A DNA stretch of 64,000 nt, from positions 70,369 to 134,368 of the forward strand of contig JACPRD010000197.1 of NCBI GenBank assembly GCA_016190145.1, in the 5' to 3' direction. Both the position numbers and the translations under genes were made by a program. Positions 31,190 through 39,882 of the stretch are shown piece by piece (the first letter of the stretch is position 1; the number at the start of each line of letters is the position of its first letter). Origin of the DNA: Planctomycetota bacterium (lineage in GTDB: Bacteria; Planctomycetota; MHYJ01; WSZJ01). The notes under the pieces were generated by a model, which saw only the letters and a program-made list of their open reading frames with translations, made no database searches and was not told where the DNA came from.

Positions 31190-31507
31190 GGCTTGCCTCC
31201 TTCCGTGAGAAGTGACCTTCGGGACGTCATCCTTCACGTTAGGAGACAATAAGCAAGATGTGTGCCGTCATAATGATTTTGTAAGTTGTTTAGGCGCAAG
31301 TACTTATGCACATTGATTCAGAGCTGGAATGTCCGGAATGTAAGTATTCTTCGCGAAAATGTCCACTTTCGAGCTGAAGTGTACGATTTGCAAAGCTCGT
31401 TGACGCGGCGATCCGCGGAAGACAATTCGACGCAAACCATTTTGCAAAATAGACTTGTGTCAAAAAAGCCGGGTCGCGAGGCCCACGACGTGGGCCCGTC
31501 GGGCCTA
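31190..31507 (-). promoter_or_regulatory. 320-bp AT-rich intergenic region (promoter/regulatory region, possibly a small RNA)
   Basis: GC is far below the surroundings. It contains two TTTGCAAA palindromes (about 31387 and about 31441) and a possible -35/-10 pair (TTGCGC-18 nt-CATTAT) on the minus strand. Confidence 0.4.
31462..31500 (-). terminator. terminator-like hairpin plus T-run after the zinc-ribbon gene
   Basis: The minus strand reads CGGGCCCAC-GTC-GTGGGCCTCG, followed 9 nt later by TTTTTT. Confidence 0.4.
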
Positions 31508-32149
31508 TCAGCCTCTCCCGATGCGCTCCGCCCCGAATTCGATCCGGATGTGGTGTTCCGGGCAGGACACCTGCCGCACCTTCCGCGCCGACACCTCGGA
31601 AATCTCTTCAAATTCCTCGTATTCCGCCCGGCAACTCCCGTAGGGCGGGTCCTGGATCACTTCACCCAAAGACCTCGGCCAGGATCCATGGCCGCTCTTC
31701 CACAGGTCGATCGCTCGCACGACGGCGCCGAGCCTTTCCCGGCAGGCATTTCTGGCTGCCTGCTCCCGGGTTCCCCATGCTTTTTTCCGCGGCTGGACGA
31801 GTGCGGTACCCGACTCCCGGGAATCTCCGGCGACAGGGGCGGCCTCGTCGTGCATGCGGTTCCAGGCCATAACGAACGTGGCGAGGATCAGCACGTGGAG
31901 CCCCGCGGCGTAGAGGAGGGAGCCGGCCGCGACGGCCAGGTTGCCGAACCTCGAGACCGCCGGGCGCCCGCGCGGCGCCCGGATCGGCCGGATTTCCTCA
32001 ATGTCGTCGATGGGCTGGACTTCCGGCACGTCGGCGGCCGGAGCTTCCGCGATGGTCCGGCAGGCCGGGCACCGGACGCGCCGCCCCGCGAGTTCTCCAT
32101 CCACTTCCAGCATCCGCCCGCAAGCCCCGCACTCGAATCGCATCTGCAT
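31508..32149 (-). CDS. zinc-ribbon - TM - extracytoplasmic domain protein (pseudopilin-like segment)
   Basis: C-terminal 213 aa of ORF 31508..33325. It starts MQMRFECGACGRMLEVDGELAGRRVRCPACRT (CxxC...CxxC) and is preceded by the SD GGGAGG. It has one TM helix. The segment ARNACRERLGAVVRAIDLWKSGHGSWPRSLGEV resembles the post-helix region of type II secretion pseudopilins (weak). Confidence 0.65.
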   Translation of the reverse strand: MQMRFECGACGRMLEVDGELAGRRVRCPACRTIAEAPAADVPEVQPIDDIEEIRPIRAPRGRPAVSRFGNLAVAAGSLLYAAGLHVLILATFVMAWNRMHDEAAPVAGDSRESGTALVQPRKKAWGTREQAARNACRERLGAVVRAIDLWKSGHGSWPRSLGEVIQDPPYGSCRAEYEEFEEISEVSARKVRQVSCPEHHIRIEFGAERIGRG

Positions 32150-32190
32150 TCTCGCCTCCCGTTTCACCTCCTTCCAAACGGACCGGCGTC

Positions 32191-32239
32191 CCCGGGGTTC
32201 GCACGGAACGAGTAACGAGAAACGAGTAACGAGGAACGT
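32191..32239 (-). repeat. heptanucleotide tandem array, inverted copy of the 30704 array
   Basis: Plus strand: cccgggg ttcgcac ggaacga gtaacga gaaacga gtaacga ggaacgt. The reverse complement is (CGTTNNN)5 followed by CCCCGGGG. Confidence 0.85.
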
Positions 32240-32241
32240 CC

Positions 32242-33639
32242 TTAGACGACGCCGAGCACCCCCGCCACCCCGCCGTCCCGCGTGATGTTCACGATCTTCG
32301 ATTTCGAAAGCCGCGCGAGGATCGCGACGCCGCGCGGGGTCGCGGTGAACCCGCCGACCGTCACGCGCTTTTCCCACGGGACCGCCGGGTCCCCCGTGGG
32401 GTAGACCTCCTGCACGGGATGCGCCAACTCCTGCACCACCCAGTCCGGCGACTGCTTCACCGCGCGGTGAATCGCCCGGTCCCATTCCGCCGGGTTCATT
32501 TCGTGGCCGAAATGGATTCCGTGCCCGCCGTAGTCGCGGTTCGGTTTCAGCACCAGCCGCTCGCGCTCGCGCCGCGCATACTCCGGCAGGTCCACCAACC
32601 GGCCGCGCGGATCGTCCGTCTTCACCCCCCGCACCACGCGCGTCCAGGCGATGTGCGCGCGGAACACCGCCCGGCTCTCCACCCCGAAATGCCGCGCGTA
32701 CCTCTCCGAGCCGAACACCTCCAGCGCCCCTTTCTGGTCGAACTCCCCCGCCAGCCCCGATACCACCCGGTTCTCGCGGAACGCCCACTTCACGCCGCGC
32801 AGATCCTTCCCCTCCTCCCCCATCTCGAGCAGATTCAGGACCGTCGGGTCGCGGTAGAGAATGTCCACGGGCTTGTCGCCCGCGAGCAGCCGGCCGCCCC
32901 GCACCCGGATTTCCCCCGGGTCCGCCACCACCACGTCGTACCCGCGCCGCCGGAAAATCTCCGCCATCGCCGGGAACTCCGCGGGCCCCGACTCGCATGT
33001 CTCCTCGAGAAGACAGATCGCGTCCGCGCGCGCGCCGATCTTCTCCGCGTGGTCGAGCGCGCTGTGCAGGATCAGGTCGAGCACGTCGTCGTCGGGCCGG
33101 AACCTCCGCCCGGGGAACGCGCGCTCGAGCCAGGGCGCGAGCGTCTCGTGCACGGCGCGGCTGGCCGCCCATGAATAGTAGGAGGCCCCGACCCCGACCA
33201 TGTTGGTTTCGAGCACGCGGATGGACTCGCGCCAGCGCGGCGACCCGAGGTCGAAGACGGCGTCGATCCGGCCGAGAAGCGTCTGGGGTCGGCGGAACGG
33301 CGGCCCGAGGAAGTCGCGCATCCACCGCCCCTCGCGCGCGTCGACCGGGAGGAGGCGCGAGATTTCCGGGTGTTCGTGCGCGAGCCGGGGAAGCGCCTTC
33401 GTGGCGGCGTCGATGGCGAGAAAGACGCGCTGCAGGTGGTCGCGCTGCGGGCCCGTGACGATCCAGGGACGCGGCGTGACGTGGATCGGGCGCGCGCGCC
33501 CGGGTTCGGGGAAGAATTTCAGGCCGCGCTGGCGGCCCTGCCGCGCGAGGTCGTGTTCCCAGCGCTGGAGCGTGGCGGCGGAAGCGGCGAGGAGGGCCTT
33601 TTCCAGGTCCCGGCGCGGAAAAAACGTGGTCGGCGGCAT
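32242..33639 (-). CDS. circularly permuted ATP-grasp type 2 / glutathionylspermidine-synthase-like protein
   Basis: Start chosen at MPPTTFFPRRD (ATG 33639) with TAATCT 8 nt upstream. Overall pattern: LETNMVGVGASYY, LVLKPNRDYGGHGIHFG, and the C-terminal VNITRDGGVAGVL. The family call is from memory. Confidence 0.6.
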   Translation of the reverse strand: MPPTTFFPRRDLEKALLAASAATLQRWEHDLARQGRQRGLKFFPEPGRARPIHVTPRPWIVTGPQRDHLQRVFLAIDAATKALPRLAHEHPEISRLLPVDAREGRWMRDFLGPPFRRPQTLLGRIDAVFDLGSPRWRESIRVLETNMVGVGASYYSWAASRAVHETLAPWLERAFPGRRFRPDDDVLDLILHSALDHAEKIGARADAICLLEETCESGPAEFPAMAEIFRRRGYDVVVADPGEIRVRGGRLLAGDKPVDILYRDPTVLNLLEMGEEGKDLRGVKWAFRENRVVSGLAGEFDQKGALEVFGSERYARHFGVESRAVFRAHIAWTRVVRGVKTDDPRGRLVDLPEYARRERERLVLKPNRDYGGHGIHFGHEMNPAEWDRAIHRAVKQSPDWVVQELAHPVQEVYPTGDPAVPWEKRVTVGGFTATPRGVAILARLSKSKIVNITRDGGVAGVLGVV

Positions 33640-33663
33640 GGGGGGAAAGATTAACGGCAATAT

Positions 33664-33760
33664 TGAATTATGAATTGTGAATTATGAATTGCCCCTCCGA
33701 CCGATGTCCCGGCCGCGCCGCAGTCTCAAATTCAAAATTCAAAATTCACAATTCAAAATT
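33664..33760. repeat. pair of AT-rich heptamer arrays forming a ~25-bp imperfect inverted repeat
   Basis: (TGAATTA TGAATTG TGAATTA TGAATTG) at 33664-33691 and (TCAAATT CAAAATT CAAAATT CACAATT CAAAATT) at 33726-33760. AATTATGAATTGTGAATTATGAATT matches the reverse complement of the second array at 23 of 25 positions. Confidence 0.85.
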
Positions 33761-33771
33761 GCCCTTCGCCC

Positions 33772-34971
33772 TTACCCCCCCCTCTGCCCCGGCACCACCT
33801 CAAACTTGATCGTCCTCCCCTTCTCCCCCCTCCCCAGCGCCCGATCGTACGCATGCAACAGCGCCTCCCTCTCCTTCTCCGGCGCCGCCTCCCCCAGCAC
33901 CCACGAACGCCCCGCCAGCCCGATCTGCCGCCGCAGCGCGTCGTCCCGGAACAGCCGCTGGATGTTCGCCGCGAGCGCCGCGTCGTCCTTCGGCGGGAAC
34001 AGGAACCCCGTCGACTCCGGCCGGATGACCTCCCCCGCCCCCGGCACGTCCGTCGACACCACCGGCACTTCGCACGCCATCGCTTCCAGCGCGGGCGACG
34101 GCCCAGCGGTCCGAAGCGCCGGAATCACCAGCACGTCCATGCAGTTGATCCACCTCGCCAGCTCCGCCGGGTCGCACCACTTCACCAGCGTCAAGAGCCG
34201 CGTGATCGTCGGGTTCGCCTTCAGGAACCCCTGGATCAGGTGCGCGTCCTCCCGCTTCACCGCCCCCACGATCAGGAGCCGCGTCGAGAGATCGGAGTGC
34301 GCCACGGTCGAGAACGCCTTGAGGAGCGTCACCAGCCCCTTCTTCTTCTTCGCCTCCCCGATGAACCCGATCACTTTGGTGGCCTCGAGGCCGTTGCGCC
34401 GGCGGAAGTCGGCGGCGTCCGGGTAGCGCTTGAAGAGGTCGGCGTCGACGGAGTTGGGGACGAGGTAGACGGGGCGGTCGCCGATGAGGGTGTGGACTTT
34501 TTTCCCGAGGTCCATGGAGGGCGCGCAGACGGCGTCGGCTTTTTCCATGGCCCACGAGACGAGCGGCATGCGGCGCGGGTCGACGAGGGCGCTGTCCATG
34601 TCGGTGCCGCGCATCGAGACGACGGAGGGGATGCCGGCGTAGCGGCCGGTGTAGACGGCGACGTAGGCGGCGTAGGAGGCATGGAGGGCGTGGAAGAGTT
34701 CGAGGCCGAACTTCTTTTTCGCGGCGAGGGCGATGTCGTGCCAGTCCTGGAGGGTGTCGCCGGAGTGTTTATGGACGCCGAAGCGGATTTCGGTGATGCG
34801 TTCGCGCATTTCCTGCTGCTGGTCGCCGGGGGCGAGTTTCGCCGTGGGGGCGATCACGACGACGTCGATGCCGTACGCGGCGAGCATGCGCGCGGTGCGG
34901 TCGGAGTGGCGTGCGAGGCCGCCGATTTCGGCGGGGAACTTCTCGGTCAGGAGTCCGAGGCGCAGGCCCAT
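33772..34971 (-). CDS. glycosyltransferase family 4 (GT-B, group 1)
   Basis: Start at MGLRLGLLTEKFPAEIGGLARH, giving 399 aa. The C-terminal motif is PALRTAGPSPALEAMACEVPVVSTDVPGAGEVI. The start coordinate is derived from track amino-acid offsets. Confidence 0.85.
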   Translation of the reverse strand: MGLRLGLLTEKFPAEIGGLARHSDRTARMLAAYGIDVVVIAPTAKLAPGDQQQEMRERITEIRFGVHKHSGDTLQDWHDIALAAKKKFGLELFHALHASYAAYVAVYTGRYAGIPSVVSMRGTDMDSALVDPRRMPLVSWAMEKADAVCAPSMDLGKKVHTLIGDRPVYLVPNSVDADLFKRYPDAADFRRRNGLEATKVIGFIGEAKKKKGLVTLLKAFSTVAHSDLSTRLLIVGAVKREDAHLIQGFLKANPTITRLLTLVKWCDPAELARWINCMDVLVIPALRTAGPSPALEAMACEVPVVSTDVPGAGEVIRPESTGFLFPPKDDAALAANIQRLFRDDALRRQIGLAGRSWVLGEAAPEKEREALLHAYDRALGRGEKGRTIKFEVVPGQRGG

Positions 34972-35084
34972 GGCGCGTTCCTTTTCGGGGAAGGGGTCAA
35001 CGGTAGCGCGCGCGAGACCGGGAACAAGGGAAATCCCCCAATTCCCTTGGGTGGCGCACGGACGGGCGTGTATCCTCCCGCGCC

Positions 35085-35546
35085 ATGGCACGCAAAGCGG
35101 CGGCGAAGGAAATGAAGGAAGCAGGGGGCCCGCTGGGGTTCACGGACGAGATCTGGATCACGGCGCCGCTCGAGCGCGTGTGGCAGCTGGCGACGAAGGG
35201 GGCGTGGCTCGACCATTACTTCACGACGTGGTGCAGCGGGAACCTGGACGAAAAAGGGCGGATCCGGCTGTCGTGGGGGAAGGAATCGGAGCACGTCGAG
35301 GTGCTGCAGGCGCGGTGGGGGAGATCCACGACGTTCCGGTGGGTGGCCTACGGTGTCCCGTACGCGACGCGCGTGACGTTCACGTTCTCGAAGAAGAAGC
35401 GGCGGGTGCGCGTGACGGTGTCGGAGGCGGGGTGGAGGCGGGACGCGAGGGGTGCGGAGAGCGCGGTGCACCACGCGATGGGGTGGACGCATTTCCTGTG
35501 CGGCCTCAAGGCCTTCGCGCAGTTCGGCGTCGAACTTCGGGCGTAG
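35085..35546 (+). CDS. SRPBCC/AHSA1 (START-like) family protein
   Basis: 153 aa. ITAPLERVWQLATKG..W...F pattern and typical size. TATCCT lies 8 nt upstream of the ATG. Confidence 0.65.
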   Translation: MARKAAAKEMKEAGGPLGFTDEIWITAPLERVWQLATKGAWLDHYFTTWCSGNLDEKGRIRLSWGKESEHVEVLQARWGRSTTFRWVAYGVPYATRVTFTFSKKKRRVRVTVSEAGWRRDARGAESAVHHAMGWTHFLCGLKAFAQFGVELRA

Positions 35547-35638
35547 CAGGGTCGAGATTTGACCGGGTGGCGGACACGGACGTCAAAGTCGCATCATCCG
35601 GATCCGGGGGCTCCGGGAACGATAACGGAGGGTTTCCG

Positions 35639-37057
35639 ATGAACCGCCGCCTCTTCACCGCCGCGCTCCTGGCGGCTCTCTCCCGCCTTCCGGCCCGAGC
35701 CGAGGACGAGCCCCGGCGCGCCGCACCGGCCGACGGCGTCCCGCGGGCGGAGAGGCTCGCCTGGAAGTCCGCCGAGGGCGTCGAGTACGAGTACACGGTT
35801 CCGAAGAGCTACGCGCGCGAGCGCGGCGCGACCCTGCTCGTGATGCTGCACGGCTCGAACCTCGACCGGCGGTGGAGTTTCGCGAATTTCGGGGTCGGGA
35901 AGTTCCGGCGCGACGACGTCATCGTCTCGCCGGACGGGACGACTCCCAATGGAAACGGCGGGTTCAACTTCATGGGCGAGCGTCCCGACGCCGACAAGGT
36001 CGCCGCGCTGATCCGCTCCTTCCAGAAGGCCCTCCGCATCGAACGCGTCTACCTCTTCGGCCACAGCCAGGGCGCATTCTTCTGCTTCTACTTCATGGGC
36101 GAGTTTCCGGCGCTCGTGGACGCGATCTGTCCGCACGCCGGAGGGCTGTGGACCGGGTGCAAGCTCCCGAAAGAGACGAAGGAGAAGCCGATCGCGATCC
36201 TCCACGCGCGCGCGGACGCGGTCGTGCCGCTCGGGAACTCGGAGGGCGCCCGCGACCATCTCGTGAAGCAGGGCTACCGGAACGTGCGCCTCGAGATCCT
36301 CGAGGACGCCAACGAGCAGAGCGGCCACTGGCCGCGGCCGGACAAGACCGAGCCGCTCCTCGCGTGGTGCGATTCCCTCACCGCCACCGGCCCCGCGAGC
36401 CAGCTCCGCAGCGCCGCCGCCCAGATTGCCGGCGACGAGCCCGCGATCGGCCGGGCGCTGGATCTGGCGAAGCGCGCAAGGGCGGGAGCGGCGAAGCTCA
36501 AGAAGGATGAAAAGGACCAGGCGGAAACGGACGCGCGCGCGGTCGAGGAGGCGGCGGAGACCTTCGTGGCCGCGCAGCTCGACGCCCTCGCGCCGGCGGC
36601 GCCCGCGAAGGCGCCCTTCGCGTACGGGGACTGGACGCTTCACTTTCTCACCGCCCAGCGCTGGTGCGAGGGCGCCGAGAAATGGAAGGCGTTCGAGAAG
36701 GGGTTCGCGGCGGAGCAGGCGAAGCATGAGAAGTCGGCGCAGCCTCTTCAGGCCGCGCTCGACAAGGCCGAGAAGGCGGGCGCGGCGGCGGACGCGTTCA
36801 AGCTGGCGTTCCGGATCTGGCGCGACGCCTGGCTCTCCCGGGACGCCGCGCGCGCGGCGTCGGGGAAGCTGCGCGCCTGGGTGGAGGCTCCGCCGAAGGG
36901 AATCGCGGCGGCGGACGTGCAGGCGTACCGCGACGAGGCCGCGCGGCGGGAGGCGGCGGACGAGATCGGCCGGAAGCGGTGCGAGGAGGCGCGCGGGGCG
37001 GCGCTCAAGGCGATCCGGGAGAAGCACCCGGGGGTTTTCGGCAAGGCCGGCGAGTGA
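35639..37057 (+). CDS. secreted alpha/beta-hydrolase (esterase) with a helical C-terminal domain
   Basis: Start at MNRRLFTAALLAALSRLPARA inside ORF 34733..37057. Nucleophile elbow GHSQG. LLVMLHGS. Confidence 0.75.
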   Translation: MNRRLFTAALLAALSRLPARAEDEPRRAAPADGVPRAERLAWKSAEGVEYEYTVPKSYARERGATLLVMLHGSNLDRRWSFANFGVGKFRRDDVIVSPDGTTPNGNGGFNFMGERPDADKVAALIRSFQKALRIERVYLFGHSQGAFFCFYFMGEFPALVDAICPHAGGLWTGCKLPKETKEKPIAILHARADAVVPLGNSEGARDHLVKQGYRNVRLEILEDANEQSGHWPRPDKTEPLLAWCDSLTATGPASQLRSAAAQIAGDEPAIGRALDLAKRARAGAAKLKKDEKDQAETDARAVEEAAETFVAAQLDALAPAAPAKAPFAYGDWTLHFLTAQRWCEGAEKWKAFEKGFAAEQAKHEKSAQPLQAALDKAEKAGAAADAFKLAFRIWRDAWLSRDAARAASGKLRAWVEAPPKGIAAADVQAYRDEAARREAADEIGRKRCEEARGAALKAIREKHPGVFGKAGE

Positions 37058-37061
37058 AGGG

Positions 37062-38015
37062 CTAGCGCGCGAGGACCGTGCGGAAGAACTTCAGCATTCC
37101 CTCCGTCATTTCCGCGGTCACCTTGTGACCGGCGCGGGGGTACACGACGAATTCGGCGTTCCCGAACTTCTCCTCCGCGTAGATTTTCCGGCACAGGGCC
37201 CAGCGGTCCTGCAGGTTCCGGCCGAAGACTTTCAGGATGAGATCTTCGTCCTCCTTCTCGAATCCGTCCCGGTACACGACCGAGTCGTTCTGGTCGTCCG
37301 CGCCGAGGAAGAAGTGCAGTCTCACTTTCTTCATTTCTTCGAGGTCGGGCTCGGCTCCCGTCACTTCGACGAAGTCGGACAGCCCGATGGGATAGCGAAG
37401 CGCGGATCCGTCGCGGGACTTCAGCGGCACCATCGGGAGGCCGCCCGGCGAGCCGATCGCGGCTCCCCTGACCGCTTTCGGGTGAAGCAGCGCGAAGCGA
37501 TTGACGAACATCCCGGACGCTGAGAAGCCCATCAGGAGAACCTTGTCCGCGGACTTGAAGCCGCCTCTCGCCATCGCCGCCTTCGCGTCCTGGATCATGG
37601 CCAGCAGCTGCAGGTCGAGACGCTTCAGCTCCGCGATGTCCGTCGTCATCACGTCCCGGTCGAGCGCGTGCGTGTAGATCTGCCAGTTCGACTTCGGCCG
37701 CGGAAAGACGGGAATCAGGACGGGGAGGTTCAGCGGGGAGGCGATCGGGCGAGCCTGGTCGAACGTCAGGAGCGCGGCCTTCTCATGCGCCGCGATGTCG
37801 TCGTCGACGGAACCCGTGTTGTTCGGAACGACGAGGAGGGTCGCCGCCTTACGGTCGGCCGCCGCGGGCACGAGCAGAAAGTAATCCCAGTGGAATCCCT
37901 TCGCCGGATCCGCCGCGAATCTGACCGGCTCGTCCGTTTTGAACGCCGGCTGGGCGCGGAGTTTCGCCGCGGAGAGACAGAGGAGCAGGGCGGCGAGCAG
38001 CCGGCGGCGCGTCAT
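37062..38015 (-). CDS. secreted alpha/beta-hydrolase
   Basis: 317 aa with a signal peptide. GFSASG nucleophile elbow. The C-terminal H lies in YPRAGHKV. Confidence 0.75.
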   Translation of the reverse strand: MTRRRLLAALLLCLSAAKLRAQPAFKTDEPVRFAADPAKGFHWDYFLLVPAAADRKAATLLVVPNNTGSVDDDIAAHEKAALLTFDQARPIASPLNLPVLIPVFPRPKSNWQIYTHALDRDVMTTDIAELKRLDLQLLAMIQDAKAAMARGGFKSADKVLLMGFSASGMFVNRFALLHPKAVRGAAIGSPGGLPMVPLKSRDGSALRYPIGLSDFVEVTGAEPDLEEMKKVRLHFFLGADDQNDSVVYRDGFEKEDEDLILKVFGRNLQDRWALCRKIYAEEKFGNAEFVVYPRAGHKVTAEMTEGMLKFFRTVLAR

Positions 38016-38043
38016 TCGGGTGCTGAAGAGCGGTCACGGGGAA

Positions 38044-38073
38044 GCGGGCGGCGGAGTCGATCCCGCCGCCCGC
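38044..38073 (-). terminator. GC hairpin between the DUF1326 gene and the hydrolase gene
   Basis: Perfect 11-bp stem GCGGGCGGCGG / CCGCCGCCCGC with an 8-nt loop. No U-tract. Confidence 0.45.
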
Positions 38074-38083
38074 GCCCCGACGG

Positions 38084-38764
38084 CTACTTCTTCATGTCCT
38101 CCTCGCCGGACGATTCGATGTGAATGGTGAAGCCGTTCTGCTTTTCGTACTTGTAATCGTACCCGTTGCCCTTGTACCAGTGTGTCGCGAAACAGAGTCG
38201 GAAGCCGTCGTTCTTCTGTGCGCCCCAGTACTTGACGTTCTGGAGAACGGACTGCTTCCCGTCCGAGAGCGCGGGCTCCAGTTTCACCTCGGCTTTGTCT
38301 CCGAGCTTCGCGTACGCCGCGCCGCCTTCCTTCATTTCCCAGGTGATCGGGGCGGTGTCGGTCTTGAGCTCCTTCCACTTGACCGGGTAGATCTTCCCGA
38401 TCAGGAACGCGAGCGCTTCCTGCTGCTCTTTCGTGACCTTCGGGTCCCAGGTGATGACGCACCCGTCCATTTCCCCGTCCGCGAAGCTGCCGCCGAGGTT
38501 GCCGGACAGCCAGAACAGGCAGCCGTCCACCTTGACGTCGCCGACGTATCCCGACGCCACCTTCACCGCGTTGTTGAACTCGCAGTGGTGTCCGCCGGTC
38601 GGCTCCGTGTTGAAGTAGCACGAGCAGAAGAGCGGGCAGGAGCAGGCTTCGATGTAATCGGCCTTGATCTCCCATTTTTTCTTCGCATCCGCGCGGCCTG
38701 CCGGGGCGAAGACGAGCAGGGCGGCCGCGGCGCAAACCGCGGCGAAAGCAAAACGGACCTTCAT
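38084..38764 (-). CDS. DUF1326-like secreted protein (Cys-rich N-terminus)
   Basis: C-terminal 226 aa of ORF 38084..39322. It has a signal peptide and WEIKADYIEACSCPLFCSCYF. The SD AAGGAAGGAGA lies upstream. Confidence 0.6.
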   Translation of the reverse strand: MKVRFAFAAVCAAAALLVFAPAGRADAKKKWEIKADYIEACSCPLFCSCYFNTEPTGGHHCEFNNAVKVASGYVGDVKVDGCLFWLSGNLGGSFADGEMDGCVITWDPKVTKEQQEALAFLIGKIYPVKWKELKTDTAPITWEMKEGGAAYAKLGDKAEVKLEPALSDGKQSVLQNVKYWGAQKNDGFRLCFATHWYKGNGYDYKYEKQNGFTIHIESSGEEDMKK

Positions 38765-38839
38765 GGATCGTCTCCTTCCTTGGGTTCGGGTACGCGCCTC
38801 GGGCCGTCGATAGGATCTCCCGATCCGCACCCCGGGGCC

Positions 38840-38869
38840 ATTATAGGAATTAGCTCCGATTGGTCCCAA
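38840..38869 (-). promoter_or_regulatory. sigma70-type promoter (TTGGGA - 18 nt - TATAAT) for the DUF1326 gene
   Basis: The minus strand reads aaaTTGGGAccaatcggagctaattccTATAATggcc, about 75 nt upstream of the ATG. Confidence 0.5.
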
Positions 38870-38943
38870 TTTCAGGGGCGTGGCAAGAGCCTGTGTCGAT
38901 CGGAATGCGGGCCTGGCCAAGGTACATACCGCCGCCGCGACCC

Positions 38944-39792
38944 CTATGGCTTCCACCCGTCCAGCGCCCGGTCGACCGTTCCCGCGCCGTTCGGGCCCGA
39001 CATTTCGGCCCAGTGGCGGATCCACCCCTTCCGAAGATACGTCCATCCGTACGCGGGCCAGTACACGGCGGACCAGCCGAGGAACTGCCGGCGGATCTGC
39101 ATGTGCTGGTGGTAGAACTCGTGGACGATCGTGGAGGCGCGGTCGCGCGGCTTCTTCGCGTCCCAGTCTTTCCGGCGCGGGACGATGAATCCCCAGGAAC
39201 GCTCCTGCGCGGAGACGTCGGGCCCGACGGTTTCCATCGCGAGCCTGAAGAACGGGCTTTCCTCGGCGACCTGCAGCACCTCGCCCTCCCCGGGAATGGT
39301 CCAGAGCAGCCCCTTCCCGCACGGCCGGACCCGCGTGCCTTTCGGGTAGACCTCGGTCCGGCGGTCGGACGGCCAGATGCGCAGCTTCTCCGGCGGCACC
39401 GTCTCCATGTGCTCGAGCGCGCTGTTCACGAGGGCGGCGTCGCGCGCGAGGTCGACGTTCGGGCCGGTGACGAAGAAGAACGGCAGGTTGAGCGCGGCGG
39501 TCAGCGTGCCGCCCGCGCCGACGACGAATTTCTCGCCCGCTTCCCGGAAAGACTCCGGGCGGAGCCGGAGCACGCCCTCCACCGCGAGCGCCGGCGCCTC
39601 GAGCAGGTCGCCGACCGCGTAGAGGAGCCGGCCTGTTTCCCTGAAGAGCGGCGCCTCCGTCGCGGCGAACGACCGGCCCGGGCCGGAGCAGAGCTTTGCG
39701 GGCCAGCCCGCCGGATCCGACCCTTCGCTCACGGGGCGGAGGCCGGCGCAGCCGGCGGAAAACAGGGGAAGGACGAGAAGGAGGGATCGCAT
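38944..39792 (-). CDS. lipoprotein with an HExxH motif (putative zinc metallopeptidase)
   Basis: C-terminal 282 aa of ORF 38944..40950. Lipobox LFSAGC. TIVHEFYHQHM. Confidence 0.55.
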   Translation of the reverse strand: MRSLLLVLPLFSAGCAGLRPVSEGSDPAGWPAKLCSGPGRSFAATEAPLFRETGRLLYAVGDLLEAPALAVEGVLRLRPESFREAGEKFVVGAGGTLTAALNLPFFFVTGPNVDLARDAALVNSALEHMETVPPEKLRIWPSDRRTEVYPKGTRVRPCGKGLLWTIPGEGEVLQVAEESPFFRLAMETVGPDVSAQERSWGFIVPRRKDWDAKKPRDRASTIVHEFYHQHMQIRRQFLGWSAVYWPAYGWTYLRKGWIRHWAEMSGPNGAGTVDRALDGWKP

Positions 39793-39882
39793 GCGCAGGA
39801 GTGTGCCTTTCCCGGAGCGCTTCAGAAACGACATTCTGCCGGGGCGGTTGAATCTTTCGGCCGACCCGAATAGCCTGACCCC

